Shown piece after piece: positions 1-6,704 of a stretch of DNA of 20,000 nucleotides. The notes beneath the pieces are model-generated. The model saw only the letters and a list, made by a program, of their open reading frames with translations. It made no database searches and was not told the origin of the DNA. A program made the position numbers and the translations under genes. This DNA comes from an uncultured virus (IMG/VR IMGVR_UViG_3300020048_000097) (taxonomy: Duplodnaviria > Heunggongvirae > Uroviricota > Caudoviricetes). The stretch is taken from IMG/VR virus record IMGVR_UViG_3300020048_000097. One strand, 5' to 3'. Every line of letters begins with the position of its first letter. Positions within the stretch are counted from its first letter, which is position 1.

Positions 1-156
1 ATAATTATAATTGCTAGTTTTAGTAGCAGGATCGTTGTCTGGCTCAAAGTAAACATAATAGTTTTTAGCACCAGGTCTATTCTCTTTTTGAAAAGATACT
101 CTTTTGTCTTCTCTTCTTTCGTATAAGAAAGTTAGTAACTCGTTAATTTTTTTCAT
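1..156 (-). CDS. Hypothetical protein, 5' part only (runs off the left edge of the window)
   Basis: Not in the ORF track. Manual translation from ATG at 156 gives MKKINELLTFLYERREDKRVSFQKENRPGAKNYYVYFEPDNDPATKTSNYNY, open for 52 codons to position 1, with an A-rich leader. Confidence 0.7.
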   Translation of the reverse strand, partial: MKKINELLTFLYERREDKRVSFQKENRPGAKNYYVYFEPDNDPATKTSNYNY

Positions 157-182
157 TTTAGTAATTATTACTTCAAATAGGT

Positions 183-207
183 TTATATAAAATATAGCAA
201 AAAGTTC
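183..207 (-). promoter_or_regulatory. Candidate phage promoter, AAC-N16-TATAA class
   Basis: Minus strand reads GAACTTTTTGCTATATTTTATATAA upstream of ATG 156. Similar AAAC-N17/18-TATAA elements lie at 16337 and 16804. Confidence 0.35.
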
Positions 208-226
208 AAAAAAATGATTTTTTTAT

Positions 227-236
227 TTAATATATA
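227..236 (+). promoter_or_regulatory. Candidate late promoter TTAATATATA
   Basis: The same 10-mer or a near variant precedes seven genes in the window. Analogy to the T4 late promoter TATAAATA is an inference. Confidence 0.55.
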
Positions 237-263
237 ATGTATAAAAAAAATAAAAATATAAAT

Positions 264-839
264 ATGAAATATTTAAAAAAGTTTGAAGGGTTTTCAAGTA
301 GAATAGTTGAAAATGCAGAAGCGGCTGATTTAGATGCTATTGAAAAAGCGGTTTTAGCAGCAACAAGTGCTTTAATTACAGACCCAAAGGTATTACCATT
401 AGTTAAAGCAGAAGAGGTTTCGGATTCTCAAGAAGCACAAAATCAAATTCAAAGTAAACCAGAAGTACAAGCAAAACCAGAAGTGGCTTTAAAAGAAGAA
501 CTTATGCAAGAGTTGGCATTTGAGAACTCAACATCATTTGAATTCTTTTTGAAAATAATTTTACCTGCTCTATTATTTTTAATTGGTACACCGATTGCGA
601 TATTTGCAAAAAAAGCAACCAAAGAAAGAAAAAAATTCATAATGGATTATTTGACAAAGGATAATTATAAAAATTTAAAAGCAGTTTTAACTAAAAACCC
701 TGAGACAAAATCAAAATTAGATAGTTTAGGTGAGGCGGCATTTAAAGATGTTTCATTTATAAAAGCTGCTATGAAAGAGGCTTCTGAGATGTTAAAATCA
801 GATACTAAATTTATGAGATATATGAATTCAAAAGTATAA
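264..839 (+). CDS. Putative virion internal protein with a capsid-targeting-like N-terminus and one transmembrane helix
   Basis: Start moved from 237 to ATG 264, since 237 abuts the promoter motif. N-terminus MKYLKKFEGFSSRIVE; hydrophobic stretch FFLKIILPALLFLIGTPIAIFA followed by KKATKERKK. Confidence 0.65.
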   Translation: MKYLKKFEGFSSRIVENAEAADLDAIEKAVLAATSALITDPKVLPLVKAEEVSDSQEAQNQIQSKPEVQAKPEVALKEELMQELAFENSTSFEFFLKIILPALLFLIGTPIAIFAKKATKERKKFIMDYLTKDNYKNLKAVLTKNPETKSKLDSLGEAAFKDVSFIKAAMKEASEMLKSDTKFMRYMNSKV

Positions 840-870
840 AAAAAAAGAGAGCGTTTGCTCTCTTTTTTTT
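839..870. terminator. Bidirectional intrinsic terminator
   Basis: AAAAAAAAGAGAGC-gttt-GCTCTCTTTTTTTT is a perfect hairpin with A and T tracts, between convergent genes. Confidence 0.9.
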
Positions 871-1223
871 TATTCATTAATTATAGAATTCAATTTATTT
901 AATTGTGTTTTGTATAAATTTAATTCTTTTAATTCTTTAATAGTTATAATTGTTAAATACGCTGATACTATCAAAGGTAATGCTACTATTAATAATGGAC
1001 TATTGAATACTATGGTGTATAACAAGACCAATAAGAAAAAAGCATTCGCTTTTAAAACTTTGTTAAAAGATTCTTTTGTTAAATCAATCAAAAATTCAAA
1101 TTCTTCTATCATTTTTCTTTTATCAAAGATATTTAATGATCTAAACTCGTTTGAGATTTCGTTGATGTTTATTTTAGATAAGATTTCAGATTTCATAACC
1201 ATTTCGTTTTGTTTGTTTAACAT
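870..1223 (-). CDS. Small membrane protein with two predicted TM helices
   Basis: Hydrophobic segments AFFLLVLLYTIVF and PLLIVALPLIVSAYLTIITI. Start is probably ATG 1223 (or 1202/1196) rather than 1292, because a host-type -7 element sits at 1241-1248 and 1292 overlaps the neighbouring gene. Confidence 0.7.
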   Translation of the reverse strand: MLNKQNEMVMKSEILSKININEISNEFRSLNIFDKRKMIEEFEFLIDLTKESFNKVLKANAFFLLVLLYTIVFNSPLLIVALPLIVSAYLTIITIKELKELNLYKTQLNKLNSIINE

Positions 1224-1240
1224 TCGTTTTGTCTGTTTAA

Positions 1241-1248
1241 CAAATATA
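1241..1248 (-). promoter_or_regulatory. Bacteroidota sigma-A type -7 element (TATATTTG)
   Basis: Matches TAnnTTTG, 17 nt upstream of ATG 1223. No clear TTTG -33 element at the canonical spacing. Confidence 0.55.
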
Positions 1249-1275
1249 CAAAAAAAATCGATTAAAAAAAATTTT

Positions 1276-2178
1276 TTAAACTTTTTTATCAAAAATATAT
1301 AAATCGTAGATGGTATTACCTTTTACATTCTTAATACTTTTCAGTGTTTGTCCAGTAATTGAGTCTAATACTTTAAAAGTTCCAATTAGATTATTCTTAT
1401 CAGTTGTTACTTTAACGGTATTACCTGGTTGACCTAATGCACCCAATACAGCGACATACTTATTTCCTGAAACACTTTTAAGAAAAGTCAATTTAAGTCC
1501 AACGATATCTTTAGTTTCACTTATTGTTGGATTTTCCATCGCTTTGGCTAAGTCTAATTGTGATTCCGTATCTTTTACTATAATAGATGAGAAAGCACTC
1601 TGTGCGGTGCCTAATTCTATCTCTTCTCTTGGTTGAATCTTACTTTGGTTTACTAAGTTTTGTTGGTTTCTTCTAATCTCAGCAAAATCTGCTTTAACAA
1701 TGATACCACCTCTCATTCCTTTATCATTCATATTATAACCTGCAGGTGCTAAACGATAAAATGATCCAGTAAATGTCATAGAAAGAATTCTATCGGTTCT
1801 GAATAATCTCCAAATCTTATTAATGTGTCTTTTATTCGAAACTGACCAACCATTCAAGTGCCAACCTCTTAATAAATATTTACCTTTTGCTGATCTACCA
1901 AGAACCATTGGATAAATTACTCGCTCGTGGCCCGCAAAATGGTTATCTTCTTCGCCTTTATAGTTTATTAAAAAGATCATTCCATATTTAATGGCTTTGA
2001 TCATCATTTGTTCGTTATACTTTATAGGTTCGTTAATTGGAATATTTGCTATATCCGTTACGTTTTTAAGACTAAACCTAGGTATGAACTCATTATCCTC
2101 TTTTATAGGATAATATTGCTTTACTACATATTCAACTGGCTTAGTATTATAATATGTTCTTGAATGTGATAAACTCAT
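1276..2178 (-). CDS. WYL-like domain protein with an uncharacterised C-terminal domain
   Basis: INYKGEED...ERVIYPMVLG...YLLRGW...WRLFRTDRILSMTFT matches the WYL pattern (Y...R.v.P..l...wYl.aw...R.FrlDRI). No N-terminal HTH is apparent. Confidence 0.7.
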   Translation of the reverse strand: MSLSHSRTYYNTKPVEYVVKQYYPIKEDNEFIPRFSLKNVTDIANIPINEPIKYNEQMMIKAIKYGMIFLINYKGEEDNHFAGHERVIYPMVLGRSAKGKYLLRGWHLNGWSVSNKRHINKIWRLFRTDRILSMTFTGSFYRLAPAGYNMNDKGMRGGIIVKADFAEIRRNQQNLVNQSKIQPREEIELGTAQSAFSSIIVKDTESQLDLAKAMENPTISETKDIVGLKLTFLKSVSGNKYVAVLGALGQPGNTVKVTTDKNNLIGTFKVLDSITGQTLKSIKNVKGNTIYDLYIFDKKV

Positions 2179-2182
2179 AGAG

Positions 2183-2225
2183 TATATATTAAATAACTTT
2201 TTTCTAAAAAATATTTTTATATATA
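2183..2225. promoter_or_regulatory. Back-to-back candidate late promoters
   Basis: TTAATATATA on the minus strand (2183-2192) and TTTATATATA on the plus strand (2216-2225), in the divergent intergenic region. Confidence 0.55.
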
Positions 2226-2248
2226 GAATATAAATAAATAATTTAATT

Positions 2249-3001
2249 ATGTCTATTAATAACAGAGAAGATGCAAATAAATATTATCAAGAAATCAATA
2301 AATTGATTGATGATTATATGGAGAGTGGTAAAATAAGACCATCTAATTTAAAAGAATATTTAAAGCCGGGTTCTGATAGATCTAAAAAGTTTCTTGCTAG
2401 AAATAATTATAAAGAGGTTGCTGGTATCGATCAGGTTTTTTCTGATGTTATTGAAGATCGTGTAAATATGGAAAGAGATGGTGTTTTATCATTCGAGAAT
2501 TTTAAATTTTTTGAATCTGATGAATTTAAATTTAGTTCACTAACACAATGTTTATACAAAGGAGTTGGAAAGGCTGATCGTGATATGGAAAAAACATTAG
2601 CAAATGTATTTAAAACTGATCTAGGATCTTTAGATTCTGAATCCGAAGAAAGTGTAGATAGTTATCTAAGTTCAATTGACGGAAAAGATACTTATAAGCA
2701 TTTATTTAAAATAGATGATTGGGGTAAAAATATAGAGACGGTTATTTACTCAAAAGAAGATTTAGATATAATTTATTTAAATGTTGTTGAATATTTATAT
2801 GATGAGTTTCAAAAGAAAGAAATTGAAATTGTACCGGGTATTAAAATTGCTTTAAAAAGTATGATTGATAAAAGTGGTTTCGAAAAAGGTATGCATTTAT
2901 ATTTTGAAGAAGATATTTGGTTAAATCTTGTTGGATCTTTATTAGAAATGGAATTTCATAAACAAGTTGGTGAGTACTATATTTGGGTAAAAAATGCATA
3001 A
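2249..3001 (+). CDS. Hypothetical acidic phage protein, possibly virion-associated
   Basis: 250 aa ORF with an A-rich leader and a late-type motif upstream. Contains the internal segment VLSFENFKFFES. Confidence 0.75.
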   Translation: MSINNREDANKYYQEINKLIDDYMESGKIRPSNLKEYLKPGSDRSKKFLARNNYKEVAGIDQVFSDVIEDRVNMERDGVLSFENFKFFESDEFKFSSLTQCLYKGVGKADRDMEKTLANVFKTDLGSLDSESEESVDSYLSSIDGKDTYKHLFKIDDWGKNIETVIYSKEDLDIIYLNVVEYLYDEFQKKEIEIVPGIKIALKSMIDKSGFEKGMHLYFEEDIWLNLVGSLLEMEFHKQVGEYYIWVKNA

Positions 3002-3059
3002 TTTCATGCAACATCATGATATATAATAACTATAATTTTGTTTTTTCCGAATTTTACTT

Positions 3060-3069
3060 GAAATATATA
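3060..3069 (+). promoter_or_regulatory. Candidate late promoter variant GAAATATATA
   Basis: AATATATA core 20 nt upstream of the endolysin ATG. Confidence 0.45.
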
Positions 3070-3089
3070 AAGAAAATTAATCTATAAAT

Positions 3090-3905
3090 ATGTTATTAAA
3101 AAATGGATCTAACGGAGATGATGTTAAGAAACTTCAGGAAAAGTTAGGATTGAAAGTAGATGGTTCTTTTGGACCTGGAACCGAAAAAGCAGTTAAAGAA
3201 TGGCAAACAAAAAACGGATTGACTGCGGACGGAGTTATCGGTGATAAAAGCTGGCAACTTTTGGCTTTATTCGGAACAAAAAAAGAAGAGTTTGTAATAC
3301 CTGCAAGTGAATTTAAACTTGAAGCACTAAAAGGACATCTTCCAGAATCTGTTATAGCACAGATACCTGAAACTGCTAAAAAATTCAATATTACAAACGT
3401 ATTGAGACTATCTCATTTCTTGGCACAATGTGGTCATGAGTCTGGTGGATTCAAAGCGGTTTCTGAAAACCTAAACTATTCTGCTGACGGATTGAAAAAA
3501 ATATTTGGAAAGTATTTTCCTGGAGACACTACTGCTTATGCTAGAAATCCAGAAAAGATTGCATCCAAAGTTTATGCAAACAGAATGGGTAATGGAGACG
3601 AAAATTCTAAAGAAGGATTCAAGTTCAGAGGTAGAGGATATATCCAGTTGACCGGAAAATCAAACTATCAAGGATTCACAAAATTCATTGGTGAGGATTG
3701 CGTAGCAAATCCTGATTTAGTAGCGACTAAATATCCATTGGCATCTGCTGCATTCTTTTTTGATTCTAATAAACTATGGTCTATTTGTGATAAAGGTGCA
3801 GATGATGCAACGGTGACTGCAGTTACTAAAAGAGTTAATGGTGGTACAATAGGACTACCAGATAGAATTAAACATTTTAAAGAGTTTTATAACCTTCTAA
3901 AATAA
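3090..3905 (+). CDS. Modular endolysin: N-terminal peptidoglycan-binding domain (PG_binding_1) + glycoside hydrolase family 19
   Basis: LKNGSNGDDVKKLQEKLGLKVDGSFGPGTEKAVKEWQTKNGLTADGVIG is a PG-binding motif. HFLAQCGHESGGF, FRGRGYIQLTGKSNY and VTKRVNGG are GH19 motifs. Confidence 0.93.
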   Translation: MLLKNGSNGDDVKKLQEKLGLKVDGSFGPGTEKAVKEWQTKNGLTADGVIGDKSWQLLALFGTKKEEFVIPASEFKLEALKGHLPESVIAQIPETAKKFNITNVLRLSHFLAQCGHESGGFKAVSENLNYSADGLKKIFGKYFPGDTTAYARNPEKIASKVYANRMGNGDENSKEGFKFRGRGYIQLTGKSNYQGFTKFIGEDCVANPDLVATKYPLASAAFFFDSNKLWSICDKGADDATVTAVTKRVNGGTIGLPDRIKHFKEFYNLLK

Positions 3906-3906
3906 G

Positions 3907-3932
3907 AAAAGAGAGCCTAAAAGCTCTCTTTT
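3907..3932. terminator. Bidirectional intrinsic terminator
   Basis: AAAAGAGAGC-ctaaaa-GCTCTCTTTT between convergent genes; it overlaps the last codons and stop of the minus-strand gene. Confidence 0.8.
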
Positions 3933-4597
3933 TCGTTATCAACTATAATATCTATTTTAGCATCTCTTACTATTGATTTGAAATCTGGTAATCTTTTCTC
4001 AATCGCATTTAATATATTAATTTTAGAGAAAAAACCAGAATATATTACTATATGTAATTCTTCTGCGTGTGTTAACTTAAGTGTTAGATTAGGTTGTAAC
4101 CTTATTATAAGTTTATAACCTTTTTCTAATTCTAATGTAAATGAGTTTTCATACTCAGCACCATAATTAAACTCACCTGATGTAAATCCAATTTGTTTAA
4201 ACCATTCCGTAGCAAAATTATGTTTTTTGTATCTACAAGTTAATTTAGTTTCTGTATCATAGTATGAAAACCTAGAAGGCATTATTCTGAAATCATCCTC
4301 AGTGCCAATTTCATAAGGATCATCATCTATTAACTCAGATAATATGATATCTCTTCTATCTGAGTTGTCAGATATTGTTAACTTTTTAATTTTTAATGAT
4401 GTATCAGTATCAAATAAAAAGTGTGTCATACCTGTTTCTTCTGCAATTTTTTCACATTTATCTATAAGACTTTGTTCTATATCAGCGGTCTCTCTTTTTA
4501 ATTCACCAAGATCTTCTATAAACCCAACTGGTTTGCTACCATCATTAATTTCTATTGCGGTTGTTCCATCTGGAAGAGTAACCATATTAATTTCCAT
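3917..4597 (-). CDS. Hypothetical protein with two RD-x-x-(I/L)-x-x-(I/L)-(I/V)-D motifs
   Basis: 226 aa ORF overlapping the upstream gene by 11 nt. Motifs are RRDIILSELID and VRDAKIDIIVD. Confidence 0.75.
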   Translation of the reverse strand: MEINMVTLPDGTTAIEINDGSKPVGFIEDLGELKRETADIEQSLIDKCEKIAEETGMTHFLFDTDTSLKIKKLTISDNSDRRDIILSELIDDDPYEIGTEDDFRIMPSRFSYYDTETKLTCRYKKHNFATEWFKQIGFTSGEFNYGAEYENSFTLELEKGYKLIIRLQPNLTLKLTHAEELHIVIYSGFFSKINILNAIEKRLPDFKSIVRDAKIDIIVDNEKESF

Positions 4598-4808
4598 TTA
4601 ATTTGTAATTTTTTTCATGATCAAATCGATCATTAAATTTTTGAAGAGTTTGACATTTTTCAAATTCTTCTTTTAATTCAAAGTACTGAATCATATCTTT
4701 TATGAATTCCTTAGTATAAGGTTTTAACTTTTCATCAAAATGTTTACCTTCTTTAATCCTATCATAACTATTGTTGATAAGAAAATCATAACTGTGTATT
4801 GTTGTCAT
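4587..4808 (-). CDS. Small protein with a UVR (UvrB/C)-like motif
   Basis: IKDMIQYFELKEEFEKCQTLQK resembles the UVR hairpin (a...EdfE.Aa.lrd). Coupled to the upstream gene through a TAATG overlap at 4806-4810. Confidence 0.6.
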   Translation of the reverse strand: MTTIHSYDFLINNSYDRIKEGKHFDEKLKPYTKEFIKDMIQYFELKEEFEKCQTLQKFNDRFDHEKNYKLNGN

Positions 4809-5443
4809 TACTCTTTACTTTTTTGATCTAAAAAATCTATTTCTTCTTGTGATAGAAAATTTCTGTTATAACCATTTTTTGCTAATTTGTCTAGAATTTC
4901 ATCTAAGTCAAATTTATTTTCATTATCGATAACTATTTGATCAACTTCTGAATCTTGTTCTTCTGTAACAAAGTTGAAATTTAAACCATCCATAGATGAA
5001 GATTTAAATTCGTTAACTCTGCTTTCGAATTCACTTTTAGATATTTTAGTACCCATAATTTCAATTACATCATCGATTTCTGTTTTGTATATTTCACATA
5101 TTTCAGAAATTAATTTATTTTTAAGATTCTCATCAACTATTTCGGTTGTGTATAAGCATTTATTATCTTTGAATATACACACCATTTGTTTATCAATAAG
5201 ATAGATAATACTTACATCTTTCCAGTCTTTTAGATTGGTGTCAATAAATATTGTTTCATTTACTCTACTAACAAAGTTGGTTGTACCAGTTTTTAGATTA
5301 TTGATAATCTCTTTGAATTGATTAGAACTATCGTCTATTATCTTTTTACTTTTTAGATATTTACCCAATGAATCTATAATCATATAGAAAAGTATTCCTA
5401 ATACGAAACTACCGCCTAAAAGAATGATGTTTGAAGTGCTCAT
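4808..5443 (-). CDS. N-terminally membrane-anchored protein with a C-terminal DUF6576-like motif
   Basis: N-terminal TM IILLGGSFVLGILFYMII; C-terminus FDLDEILDKLAKNGYNRNFLSQEEIDFLDQKSKE. Confidence 0.7.
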   Translation of the reverse strand: MSTSNIILLGGSFVLGILFYMIIDSLGKYLKSKKIIDDSSNQFKEIINNLKTGTTNFVSRVNETIFIDTNLKDWKDVSIIYLIDKQMVCIFKDNKCLYTTEIVDENLKNKLISEICEIYKTEIDDVIEIMGTKISKSEFESRVNEFKSSSMDGLNFNFVTEEQDSEVDQIVIDNENKFDLDEILDKLAKNGYNRNFLSQEEIDFLDQKSKE

Positions 5444-5462
5444 AATTTTTATTTAATTTATA

Positions 5463-6650
5463 TTATACGTTATATATACTTTTTCTAATTTTGATCAATA
5501 AATCATTAACAAAGTCTTTATCTACTTTATCAGGTAGATTAGAATTAGCGAATAATTCATCAATTTCAACAATTTCTTTTTCGACCTCATCAATTAAAGT
5601 TTCTAGATCAATTTCACCTCTTCTAATTGAGATTAGATATTCAGCATCATCTCTACGAACGTTGATACCTTTACCTTCAGCAATTTCTCTAGCCATAGAC
5701 ATTAAACGTTTAGAGTGCATCATATTCTTACCATCAATCTTTTGACCGTGAGATTTAACATCGACCCATCTAGCATCGTTTTTATTTGCTAACCAATCTT
5801 CATAAGATTTAAAATCTTTACAATGTTCTGAATAACCATCTTTGTTATAGACGATATTACAGATTGGAGTTTCACCTTTTGGAATGGAAGAAAGTCTAAG
5901 TGCATTTGATTCGGCTACGTTATCACCTTCACCAGTCTTTACAAGTCCTTTATAACCAAATCCCATTGAGTGACCTTCTTCTTTTCTCCATGCTTTAGCT
6001 TTTTCCCTCAAGTCTTCTGGAATCCTTTCATTAAAACAGTTGTTAGCATCTGTATCAAAATAAACAGCATATGAATCTCTAGCATTTGGTACATTTACAA
6101 CTCCACAGAACTTTTCTTCAAACCCCTTATCAGAGTTCCATTTTTTCCAAGGAATAGATTTTGGTCCTTCAATCACATAAACAAAGTCAAGAACATCTTT
6201 ACGAGTTACTTTATCTTTTTCCCAGTTTTGTTTTTTGTTTTGTCCTTTTGCTTTTTGAATTTGCATCTTACCATAACCACCAAAAGATTTAGCACAAATC
6301 TTAGTAATAAATACATCTCTGTTATTTAGAATCTCATCAAAGATTGGATCTTTATAGACAATACAATCTTCGGGTGTATTAAGTAATTCTAATATGGTTG
6401 GATTATTAGATGATAATAAATCTAGAAATCTTCTAATCTCATAAATAACGGTATCGTTTTTATCATCATTAATTTGCTCAGTATAATTGAAACCGAGAAT
6501 ATCTTCCATTTTTTGGATAAATACACCTGCGTAATCAGTATCTGAAGTTTCTACGTTAGTACCATATGCGTGAGATCCTCTAATAACAAGTAGTAAAGGT
6601 TTTGCGCCTGGTGACTTATCTTCGATAAATTTGAATAATTCTTCTTTCAT
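5463..6650 (-). CDS. DNA polymerase beta superfamily nucleotidyltransferase (PF10127 / RlaP / YcgL / T4 NrdC.11-like)
   Basis: GSHAYGTNVETSDTDYAGVF (GS..YG.....SDxD), YEIRRFLDLLSSNNPTILELL and DGKNMMHSKRL. Start set at ATG 6650 because the TTG at 6668 lies inside the promoter -7 element. Confidence 0.9.
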   Translation of the reverse strand: MKEELFKFIEDKSPGAKPLLLVIRGSHAYGTNVETSDTDYAGVFIQKMEDILGFNYTEQINDDKNDTVIYEIRRFLDLLSSNNPTILELLNTPEDCIVYKDPIFDEILNNRDVFITKICAKSFGGYGKMQIQKAKGQNKKQNWEKDKVTRKDVLDFVYVIEGPKSIPWKKWNSDKGFEEKFCGVVNVPNARDSYAVYFDTDANNCFNERIPEDLREKAKAWRKEEGHSMGFGYKGLVKTGEGDNVAESNALRLSSIPKGETPICNIVYNKDGYSEHCKDFKSYEDWLANKNDARWVDVKSHGQKIDGKNMMHSKRLMSMAREIAEGKGINVRRDDAEYLISIRRGEIDLETLIDEVEKEIVEIDELFANSNLPDKVDKDFVNDLLIKIRKSIYNV

Positions 6651-6665
6651 ATAAATTGTTTTATG

Positions 6666-6697
6666 CAAATATAGTAAATTAATTCTAAAAAGCCAAA
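6666..6697 (-). promoter_or_regulatory. Canonical Bacteroidota housekeeping promoter (-33 TTTG / -7 TAnnTTTG)
   Basis: Minus strand: TTTG (6697-6694), 20 nt spacer, TATATTTG (6673-6666), then 15 nt to ATG 6650. Matches the known TTTG-N19-21-TAnnTTTG consensus. Confidence 0.8.
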
Positions 6698-6704
6698 GTA
6701 AAAT

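Noticed and set aside
456..484. 11 bp direct repeat aaaccagaagt at 18 nt spacing (KPEVQAKPEV)
   Set aside because: A simple two-copy micro-duplication in a low-complexity linker with no sign of further function.
2995..3020. Short inverted repeats tgcat/atgca and atcatgat after the 2249 gene
   Set aside because: The stems are too short and AT-rich to support a terminator or operator call.
5740..6250. Intein or intron in the nucleotidyltransferase
   Set aside because: No intein C-terminal HN-C/S/T junction or LAGLIDADG motif is evident, and the ORF is continuous.
5463..6650. CBASS CD-NTase or MNT-HEPN toxin-antitoxin
   Set aside because: The motifs (GSHAYG, NPTILELL, KNMMH..RL) are PF10127-type. 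No Cap effector or HEPN Rx4-6H partner is recognisable next to it.
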